A model generated the notes under the pieces. It saw only the letters and a program-made list of their open reading frames with translations. It was not told where the DNA came from and searched no databases. A program made the translations under genes and the position numbers. A stretch of DNA of 64,000 nt from a virus (lineage: Duplodnaviria; Caudoviricetes). This document shows, piece by piece, positions 57,296-64,000 of this stretch (its first letter is position 1; each line of letters begins with the position of its first letter). The stretch lies in the IMG/VR virus record IMGVR_UViG_3300028887_000080, positions 60,222-124,221 of that record, one strand, 5' to 3'.

Positions 57296-57735
57296 AGTTC
57301 CTTCAGTTTTATGTTCATCCAACACTCTCCTTCCTCGATTTCAAAACCGACTTTCGCCGATGAGACTTTCTCCGCGAAATCAAATGCAGATGACTCACCC
57401 TTCATAGCGGCGGGGTCGATGAACGAGAATGACAGGGCAAGTTCACCGCCGACCGCCTTCACCATATAAACGTAACCCCTGTACGGATAGTAATGGCATT
57501 TCATAATATCGTTGAAATACAGTTCCACATACCTGCATCCGATTTTTCCGACAGTCTCTTCAGGGTGCTTTCCGAAAAACGATGTGTACAGCGTGAATTT
57601 GTACTCGTTGGATAACACCTCGCCTCCGTAGTGCGTCTCGCGGCGCTTGTCCACCCCGTCGAAATGCACCCACACTTGGTCACTGCCAAGCGTCCTGCAT
57701 TGTTTTGAAAAATTCCTGTTATCACTCAATTTCAT
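57286..57735 (-). CDS. Tag-array protein (MKLSDN)
   Basis: FTLYTSFFG. Confidence 0.7.
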   Translation of the reverse strand: MKLSDNRNFSKQCRTLGSDQVWVHFDGVDKRRETHYGGEVLSNEYKFTLYTSFFGKHPEETVGKIGCRYVELYFNDIMKCHYYPYRGYVYMVKAVGGELALSFSFIDPAAMKGESSAFDFAEKVSSAKVGFEIEEGECWMNIKLKELCE

Positions 57736-58169
57736 AAGGCGATGGCGTAAAGGTAAAAATAAGGGTCGTCGTCGATGCCGCTGTCTTCAAATACAAATCG
57801 CTTCGAGGACACCTCCGCCGCTAACTTTTTCGCGTCGGTGATAACCCCCGAAAATGTATACGCCGGGGTTTGGAAAACAATTTCGAGCGTCTCTCCGAAG
57901 CATTGCGATGACATAACCTCAAAATTGTGGCGGTTGTCGCATACGTTTTTCCTCCCTTGCGTAAAGAAGTGTATGGACGCGAAACCCGCTTTCAATTTCT
58001 TTGCGACGGATTCGCTCTCCTTCCCGAAAAACGTGGTCGTCAGTTTGAAAATGTACGAAGTCCACACTCGGTTGATGTCGTACAGTCTGTCCAAACGCAG
58101 GAACTCCATATCAACGATGTTCCTGTCCGTTATCGCGTCCAATGTGTTTTTGTTTTCAGTCAGTCTCAT
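57732..58169 (-). CDS. Tag-array protein (MRLTEN)
   Basis: DAITDRNIVDMEFL shared with the next gene. Confidence 0.75.
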   Translation of the reverse strand: MRLTENKNTLDAITDRNIVDMEFLRLDRLYDINRVWTSYIFKLTTTFFGKESESVAKKLKAGFASIHFFTQGRKNVCDNRHNFEVMSSQCFGETLEIVFQTPAYTFSGVITDAKKLAAEVSSKRFVFEDSGIDDDPYFYLYAIAL

Positions 58170-58594
58170 ATTGCAGTCATATTAAGATAACGATAAGGCT
58201 GGTGGGACAAGTCGAACTTGAACCGTTTTTCGGAAACCATAGACGCTATGAATTTCGCCTCGTCCATACTCTTAATCTGCTCATCGTCGAACGTGCCAAT
58301 CTTCATTTTGAGCAGTCCGCGCTCCGCGCTCACCGACGCGATTCCATAGGTCTTGCTTATCAAATCTCCTAACTTCCCGTTGTCCGTCACATACAGGAAG
58401 GCGTGCTTGTGTTCAATCTCCTTTTTGACCGCTTCGCTTTCCTTCCCGAAAAAAGGGGTCGTTAGCAGGAAGAAATACTGCGTCACCGACGCATCGTACC
58501 CGTCGTGTATAGTTCTCGAATGCAGAAACTCCATATCAACGATGTTCCTGTCCGTTATTGCGTCCGATATGTTTCCGCTTTCCGTAAGTCTCAT
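58166..58594 (-). CDS. Tag-array protein (MRLTES)
   Basis: DAITDRNIVDMEFL; LTTPFFGKESE. Confidence 0.75.
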   Translation of the reverse strand: MRLTESGNISDAITDRNIVDMEFLHSRTIHDGYDASVTQYFFLLTTPFFGKESEAVKKEIEHKHAFLYVTDNGKLGDLISKTYGIASVSAERGLLKMKIGTFDDEQIKSMDEAKFIASMVSEKRFKFDLSHQPYRYLNMTAI

Positions 58595-59013
58595 TTTCCG
58601 CAGTCGTTTTCGTTCATAAGTTCATTCAAATCAATAAAAAGACATCCGTTTTTTCCGTCCTGACTGATGGCGCAAGTCCATTTCATTTCCGATATTTTCA
58701 TCGCGTCGCTATCGGCGTCATTGTCTTGGTTCTCGTGCCAGCATTGGAGTTCGAGTCGGTTTCCGTATGCGACCGCATTTCTTACGGCATACACGCTCCT
58801 CGACATATTTCTCGACTCGACGGCAAGGTCGTCTATGAATATGTAAGCACCCACGTTGTCGTTAATAACATCCGCAACCGACAATGACTCGTCCCCGAAA
58901 CAGTAGAGCGTGAACAGGAACTCCGCCTTTTCCCTCACTCCGAGAAATTCCGCATAGACCCTGTTCTTGTCCGTTATGGTGTCCGCAATCCGTTTGTTTT
59001 CAGTTATCCTCAT
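58591..59013 (-). CDS. Tag-array protein (MRITEN)
   Basis: EFLFTLYCFG. Confidence 0.75.
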   Translation of the reverse strand: MRITENKRIADTITDKNRVYAEFLGVREKAEFLFTLYCFGDESLSVADVINDNVGAYIFIDDLAVESRNMSRSVYAVRNAVAYGNRLELQCWHENQDNDADSDAMKISEMKWTCAISQDGKNGCLFIDLNELMNENDCGK

Positions 59014-59022
59014 AATATGTGT

Positions 59023-59041
59023 GATATATCAATGATATATC
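59023..59041. repeat. GATATATC-N3-GATATATC box
   Basis: GATATATC AAT GATATATC between promoter and ATG. Confidence 0.85.
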
Positions 59042-59047
59042 GTTTTA

Positions 59048-59058
59048 TTGAATATAAT
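59048..59058 (-). promoter_or_regulatory. Putative early/middle promoter ATTATATTCAA
   Basis: Exact 11-mer. Confidence 0.6.
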
Positions 59059-59064
59059 GGAAAT

Positions 59065-59496
59065 TCATTTTTTGTGCACTTCGTACACAAGCAGTCGCGT
59101 CACGGGTTTTCTTCCGTAGTCGAGCGTGACCTTCCAATCCGTGTTCGATATGATGAGCGCGTCGCTTTCCGCACAATTCAGGTAACAGTGCTTGCACGTC
59201 AGGCACAGTTTTCCCTTTGCTGTGAACGCAAACATAACGTTCCATACAAACCGCTTCATATTGTTGATTTTGGACGGCGTGCCGTCGAGTTCGGCGCTTT
59301 TGTAGAAAACCAATGTCGTGGGGCGCGAGTTCAGAACGTCCGCTATGCGTTCGCTGTCCTCGCCGAAACAACCAAGCGTGAACAGGAACTCCGTGTGAAT
59401 GGGTCTTCCGTAGGCGTGCGCCGTCCTTATATACTGCGCGTATATCCTGTTTTTGTCCAAGATTTGACTTGATATTCCGCTGTCGGTTATTCTCAT
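59065..59496 (-). CDS. Tag-array protein (MRITDSG)
   Basis: EFLFTLGCFG. Confidence 0.75.
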   Translation of the reverse strand: MRITDSGISSQILDKNRIYAQYIRTAHAYGRPIHTEFLFTLGCFGEDSERIADVLNSRPTTLVFYKSAELDGTPSKINNMKRFVWNVMFAFTAKGKLCLTCKHCYLNCAESDALIISNTDWKVTLDYGRKPVTRLLVYEVHKK

Positions 59497-59951
59497 AGTT
59501 CAGTCAGACTTATGTGGAACGAAGATGTGAAACAGACGAGCAAGCAACCGAACCTCACTGACGAAAGCATATCGGCGACCTTTGCCGAATCCGAGAAAGG
59601 ACTGTGCGTCGCCTGTATTACGAGGTATTTGTTGAGATAAGACCAAGCAGCGCCCTTGACATAATAGCGGTCGCACACCTCGTCGGCAAGTATGCCGCTG
59701 TTCGGTTTCTTTGTCACAATTATGTATCCGTCAAACCTGTTCAGCACTTTGAGCGCTTTCATAGGTTTTACGCTCTTGATTATCTCGCACTCCCCATCTG
59801 TGTAGGTGAATTGCTCAATGTCCCCATATATGTGGAAAAGGAACGTCGAAGTCGGGACGCCGTTGGCGCAAGGGACATCCCCATAATGGAAGACTTCCAC
59901 AATGTTCTGGTTACGCAAAGATTCCGATAGACCGCTGTCAGTTATTTTCAT
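59493..59951 (-). CDS. Tag-array protein (MKITDSG)
   Basis: ATG at 59951, ATGA overlap. Confidence 0.7.
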   Translation of the reverse strand: MKITDSGLSESLRNQNIVEVFHYGDVPCANGVPTSTFLFHIYGDIEQFTYTDGECEIIKSVKPMKALKVLNRFDGYIIVTKKPNSGILADEVCDRYYVKGAAWSYLNKYLVIQATHSPFSDSAKVADMLSSVRFGCLLVCFTSSFHISLTEL

Positions 59952-60400
59952 ACTTTTTCTATTATGTCCAAAAAATAAAGACCTCGGAATTTCCGAAGTT
60001 GGCAAATGAACGACGCGTTTGAAATGATGTCGGCGTCTCTCTGCGGGTCTGTCTGACGATACTGATATTCACATTCAATCACGGCGAAATCGCCCTCCGA
60101 CCGAGCACCTGTTATCCTGAAGGTGCGGGACTCAAGTTCATCCAACCTGCTTTTAGACCTGTAGCAGGGGTGCTGCCTCATAATAGTTATGAACGCACCG
60201 TCACCTGCGGCGGAATTTATGGTTTCGGCGGCAATGTCGGCGCCGATTGCTTTGCGCGAACTGTTTTCGTCAAAGCACCTGATTGGACATTTAACTGCGA
60301 ACTCGTATATGTTTGAACGAACGCCCGCGCCGCAGTACCAAACCGACACATTGTTCGCTCCGAGCACATCGCTTTTAATCCTGCTGTCTGTTATTCTCAT
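59948..60400 (-). CDS. Tag-array protein (MRITDSR)
   Basis: VKCP / DPQRDA shared with 60842-61288. Confidence 0.7.
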   Translation of the reverse strand: MRITDSRIKSDVLGANNVSVWYCGAGVRSNIYEFAVKCPIRCFDENSSRKAIGADIAAETINSAAGDGAFITIMRQHPCYRSKSRLDELESRTFRITGARSEGDFAVIECEYQYRQTDPQRDADIISNASFICQLRKFRGLYFLDIIEKV

Positions 60401-60858
60401 ACGGTTTCGGTTAATCTTAAAAAGCACCCCTCCCCAACTTTCGAGATTGAGCACTTGAACATTGTGTCCGAAATAAGTTCGGCGTCGGCGGCGGGGTTGC
60501 GCACGACGCGGTGGAATGCACCTATCGTGAAACGGTCGTCCTCAAACAAGATTGCATCGCTGTCTATTTTGAAATACCTGCTGTCAAGTTTTGACAGTCT
60601 TCCGTTTTTCACGGAAACCACAGTCAGGTAAGACGGGTGCGTTTTGAGCACTCCGCACACATCCTTCGCGGTAAGCTCCGCCCGTGTGAATGAAACGCGT
60701 TCATTGTCGTAAAACTCCGTTTCGACGGAACCTCTTATCGTGAATGTGAAATAGCAGCACGGACTACCTTCATTGTCAGGGACAATCCCGCACCAATTCG
60801 CAAACACGGGGTTTCGCCAGTGCAACGCATCCGATATTCCGCTATTCATCAATCTCAT
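60397..60858 (-). CDS. Tag-array protein (MRLMNSG)
   Basis: FTIRG / LKTHPS shared with 61285-61719. Confidence 0.7.
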   Translation of the reverse strand: MRLMNSGISDALHWRNPVFANWCGIVPDNEGSPCCYFTFTIRGSVETEFYDNERVSFTRAELTAKDVCGVLKTHPSYLTVVSVKNGRLSKLDSRYFKIDSDAILFEDDRFTIGAFHRVVRNPAADAELISDTMFKCSISKVGEGCFLRLTETV

Positions 60859-61288
60859 ATAATTCAAAAATATATCTGTCGCTTCTTTTTGCGATGGCAA
60901 CTATGTACGAGGCGTCTGAAAGGAGTCCAGCGTCCTTTTGAGGGTCGGACTTCTCCACGTTGTGCACGCAATGCAATGACGCCCAATCCCCGTAGTGTAT
61001 CGAGTTTATCACATCGAACGACATACGTCCCACGCCGTGCAGTCTTGTGTGCCTTTTGTCTGTAGCGTAAAAAACGACCCCGCTCCCCTCACGCATCATT
61101 TCCGACAATTCCTCCGCGTCTATGTCGAAGTTGCCATCGACGCCCAAATTCAGGAACGGGCACTTCACCGTGACGATGAAAATCTCCTTTTCGGTTTCGT
61201 TCCAATCCCTGCACAATCCGCAGTATTGCACCCCCACGCCTGTGTCCGTAAGAACATCGTTCCTAATTCCGCTGTCCGTCAGTCTCAT
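60842..61288 (-). CDS. Tag-array protein (MRLTDSG)
   Basis: 148-aa ORF. Confidence 0.7.
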   Translation of the reverse strand: MRLTDSGIRNDVLTDTGVGVQYCGLCRDWNETEKEIFIVTVKCPFLNLGVDGNFDIDAEELSEMMREGSGVVFYATDKRHTRLHGVGRMSFDVINSIHYGDWASLHCVHNVEKSDPQKDAGLLSDASYIVAIAKRSDRYIFELYEIDE

Positions 61289-61719
61289 ACCGCTTTAACC
61301 AATCCAAGATAACAATAATGCCCGAATTTGTCGAACCGAATGCTGTATCTTGAGTTTGAAATGCGTTCGGCGGTCTCTTCTGGGTCTATCAGGAACTCCT
61401 TGTACGCCCCTATCAGGAGGTCGTCCCCGTTGCACACCACGGTCTTTATGTGGAAAGTGTAGTTGCTCGTGAGCACGTTCCTGCTCGGCAGTACCGTCAG
61501 ACACGACGGGTGGGACTTCAGCATACTGCACACTTCCTGCACGCTGCGCGTCTCAATTCTGTCCCTGAACGGGTCGTATTCGCCGATTATGCCTCTTATT
61601 GTGAATACGAAAAACAGCACGGGTTTGCCTTCGCCGTCGTGCTCGACGCCGCCATAGTGGGCGAACACATAGTTCGTGTCATATAACCCGTTTTCCATTC
61701 CGCTTTCCGTTATCCTCAT
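61285..61719 (-). CDS. Tag-array protein (MRITESG)
   Basis: 144-aa ORF. Confidence 0.7.
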   Translation of the reverse strand: MRITESGMENGLYDTNYVFAHYGGVEHDGEGKPVLFFVFTIRGIIGEYDPFRDRIETRSVQEVCSMLKSHPSCLTVLPSRNVLTSNYTFHIKTVVCNGDDLLIGAYKEFLIDPEETAERISNSRYSIRFDKFGHYCYLGLVKAV

Positions 61720-61741
61720 TTTCTTTTTCGTTTCCTTTTAT

Positions 61742-61752
61742 TTGAATATAAT
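61742..61752 (-). promoter_or_regulatory. Putative early/middle promoter ATTATATTCAA
   Basis: Exact 11-mer. Confidence 0.6.
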
Positions 61753-61762
61753 GGAAACTGCG

Positions 61763-62239
61763 TCAGGTTTCATAATCCTGCACGCCGAGCGATATGAAAG
61801 ACTTTGCCTTTATGACCTCAAGGCGTGTGATGTGAAGTCCGTCCATATCCACAATCCTCCTGTCGGTCAAATACCCGATTAGTTTTTCCTTGAGCGTTTC
61901 CCTTCTTTGCCTGTCATCACCGCACAGCGCGGCGACGCCGCACGTCATCGGCGAATCGAAGTCCGCGCTCATAAACAGATGGTTGAGGTTGCGCGAGTTT
62001 TTAGCGAGGTGCAGTATCTCACAGACCTCCTCCGACAATGTGTCGGAACAGGCGTCGAAGAAAATGCCTGCGTGGAAGCAGTCAGAAACGTCGTTTCCCC
62101 TGCGGAATGAGATGTAGAGGAGATATTCGCATTCCACGCAGTTGTCGTCGAAGAAGAACTTTCTCCGCTTGTTCTCACTGAAACCTTCAGGAAGCGTTTT
62201 TTTCAGGCGTTCGCCCATTTGTGCATCCGTTATCCTCAT
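61763..62239 (-). CDS. Tag-array protein (MRITDA), LPxG..FFD subfamily
   Basis: LPEGF...FFFDD. Confidence 0.7.
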   Translation of the reverse strand: MRITDAQMGERLKKTLPEGFSENKRRKFFFDDNCVECEYLLYISFRRGNDVSDCFHAGIFFDACSDTLSEEVCEILHLAKNSRNLNHLFMSADFDSPMTCGVAALCGDDRQRRETLKEKLIGYLTDRRIVDMDGLHITRLEVIKAKSFISLGVQDYET

Positions 62240-62709
62240 ACCATTTCTTTCTGCTTATATTCCACAATCTCATTGATTTTGTATACGCCGATAACTTCTA
62301 TTTCCCAACCTTTTAGGTCGGAGTCGGTGTATTTTCCGAGATATTCGTACACCATTTCCTCAATCCTGACGGCGGTTTCGCAGATGTCGCCGCGACCGTG
62401 GTCGGACAACCAATCCCCGTTCTGCTTAATCCATCTGAAATCGGAACGGTCGAACAGGTTGAACTTCCGCAGAAGTTCAAAAAGGTCCGCTGTCATATTG
62501 CGTCTGTCGTACTCAAAAATGATTCCTATCCAAAGTTTCGGGGAAATGAAATTGCTCTCCGTTTCACCGAACCTGATTAAAAGCACGCGGTCACCCTCAC
62601 CGCAGTACGGGTCGAAGAAATACCTCCTGTGTGAGTTCTCCTTCAACCCTTCGGGCAGTTTCCTCTTGAGAACGTCGTCCCCCATTCCGCTGTCAGTTAT
62701 CCTTGCCAT
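62236..62709 (-). CDS. Tag-array protein (MARITDSG), LPxG subfamily
   Basis: ATG at 62709; RKLPEG...RYFFD. Confidence 0.7.
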   Translation of the reverse strand: MARITDSGMGDDVLKRKLPEGLKENSHRRYFFDPYCGEGDRVLLIRFGETESNFISPKLWIGIIFEYDRRNMTADLFELLRKFNLFDRSDFRWIKQNGDWLSDHGRGDICETAVRIEEMVYEYLGKYTDSDLKGWEIEVIGVYKINEIVEYKQKEMV

Positions 62710-62726
62710 AGTCGTTATATGAACTG

Positions 62727-63197
62727 TTACTCGAACCTCTGTATATATTTCACGACGTCCTCCGGTGTGCAGATGTTGATATTCTCCATTTCCCACCCCG
62801 CCAATTCGACACCGAAATAGGTTTCGATATACTCCAAGAGAAATTTCTCCGCCCTGCGGCATATTTCGTATTTTTTCCCGATTCCCACAGAATACATCCA
62901 TTCCCTGTTGTGTTTCGCGAACCATATCTCCGTTCCGTCGATTGCGCATACGTCCAATATGATTGGACGGAGGTCGTCCGACACGTTGCCGATGTCGTTG
63001 TCGAATATGACGCATATCCGTAGTTTGGGGTCGCCGCCGAAGACTTTGCCTTTGTTGAACCTTACGGAAAGCACCCTGTCGCAGTCCCTCGAAGCGCAGT
63101 CGAAGAAATACTTCCTGTACGGCGTCTCGTAAAAACCATTCGGCAGTTTCCTGCGCGTCGCTTCCTTTGCGATTCCGCTGTCTGTTATCCTTGCCAT
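62727..63197 (-). CDS. Tag-array protein (MARITDSG), LPxG subfamily
   Basis: RKLPNG...KYFFD. Confidence 0.75.
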   Translation of the reverse strand: MARITDSGIAKEATRRKLPNGFYETPYRKYFFDCASRDCDRVLSVRFNKGKVFGGDPKLRICVIFDNDIGNVSDDLRPIILDVCAIDGTEIWFAKHNREWMYSVGIGKKYEICRRAEKFLLEYIETYFGVELAGWEMENINICTPEDVVKYIQRFE

Positions 63198-63201
63198 AGT
63201 T

Positions 63202-63438
63202 TCAGTGTTTGATGCGCCAATCCAAGGTGTCGCCCACGGACACTCTGTCGAATGTGTGCCCCCCGACCTCTATGCGTATGATGTCGGTCGGATTTTCCGC
63301 GTCCGAAAGTTCAAGGACGCATTGCGCCCGTCCGTTGATATTCTTCGACTCCACGACCCACTTGTCGCTTTCGGTCGAGGTGTATGGTTGGCAACCGAAC
63401 ATTGCCGCCGCAAGTGCCGTTAACATAAACCTTTTCAT
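63202..63438 (-). CDS. Small lipoprotein
   Basis: Signal peptide with lipobox AMFGC. Confidence 0.65.
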   Translation of the reverse strand: MKRFMLTALAAAMFGCQPYTSTESDKWVVESKNINGRAQCVLELSDAENPTDIIRIEVGGHTFDRVSVGDTLDWRIKH

Positions 63439-63884
63439 AGGAAAAACTTGTTGTATTCATCCAACTTCAATATGTGTGATTCACAAAGCGTCATATCGTC
63501 CGTTATGGTCTCTCCGTTAAGTGTCAGGTATTCCCTGACCATTTTTTCCAATCTGACCGCCCTGTCGTAGTCGCCCGCGAAATATCCCTTGTATATCCTT
63601 TCATAGTGGACGGACAGCATACCGTTAACCCACTGTCTCTCCGTAATCCTGTGCAACTCCAACAGGTCGGGTATGTATTCGGACGTTTCGTATGACTTTC
63701 TGTCGAACAGGACGCCTGACACATAGACCCCGATTTCGGAAGACCTGAAACTGCACAGCAGAACCCACAGCGTGTTGCCGCCGCAGTGCTTGTCATAGAC
63801 GAAGCGGCGCGACGGGTCGTTCGCCATACCGTCGGGGAGTTTCCTTCCGGAGTTGATTTCCATTCCGCTGTCGGTTATCCTCAT
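63435..63884 (-). CDS. Tag-array protein (MRITDSG), LPxG subfamily
   Basis: ATG at 63884; RKLPDG...RFVYD. Confidence 0.7.
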   Translation of the reverse strand: MRITDSGMEINSGRKLPDGMANDPSRRFVYDKHCGGNTLWVLLCSFRSSEIGVYVSGVLFDRKSYETSEYIPDLLELHRITERQWVNGMLSVHYERIYKGYFAGDYDRAVRLEKMVREYLTLNGETITDDMTLCESHILKLDEYNKFFL

Positions 63885-64000
63885 ATTGACGTCTGTGTTT
63901 TTATTTTTGCGCTGAACGAATCGTCCAAGCGTGAAATGTCGTACTTTCCTTTGCACATAGACAGACCGTACAGGTATCTGCGGACGCCGTCGAATGTTAT

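Noticed and set aside
55458-58594. DGR template/variable repeat pairs among paralogues
   Set aside because: No reverse transcriptase is present, and the differences are not adenine-specific.
54558-63884. Integron-like or site-specific cassette array
   Set aside because: There are no attC-like palindromes or intergenic spacers and no integrase in the window. The shared 5' sequence varies at synonymous positions.
1-64000. Stop-codon reassignment as in Lak megaphages
   Set aside because: Standard-code ORFs tile the window densely, and TAG, TGA and TAA all end genes at sensible positions.
1-64000. tRNA or rRNA genes
   Set aside because: No cloverleaf or rRNA-like segment was recognised by eye, and intergenic gaps are short. 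tRNAscan-SE would confirm.

Overview
This window is a 64-kb segment of a large (jumbo-type) T4-like myovirus genome, read with standard code 11. A Bacteroidota host is inferred from the AT-rich, Shine-Dalgarno-free translation starts and Bacteroidota-type domains. Core phage genes include a gp55-like late sigma factor, a second sigma factor, a gp19-like tail tube, a gp21-like prohead protease fused to a repeat scaffold, and probable structural proteins. Accessory genes include Thg1, RimK plus a RimB-like protease, a PurA-like synthetase beside a vWA gene, a vWA metallopeptidase, an AAA+/M41 protease, a radical SAM enzyme, two TnpB elements and a MITE. Two promoter classes are visible: TATAAATA (T4 late) and ATTATATTCAA (probably early/middle). 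The most notable observations are: (1) about 29 proteins from several unrelated families share an N-terminal M(A)R[IL][TS][DE][SNT] tag conserved at peptide level, 20 of them in the 54.5-63.9 kb array; (2) one TnpB sits inside 27-bp terminal inverted repeats with an 8-bp target duplication, a DDE/IS1595-like architecture rather than IS200/IS605; (3) a GATATATC-N3-GATATATC box recurs every 5-12 kb; (4) a set of mostly late genes, including RimK/RimB and ART-like proteins, carries T4 internal-protein-like capsid-targeting leaders; (5) a radical SAM gene is paired with two FETNSSSxH proteins. All product calls come from motif recognition by eye, not database searches.
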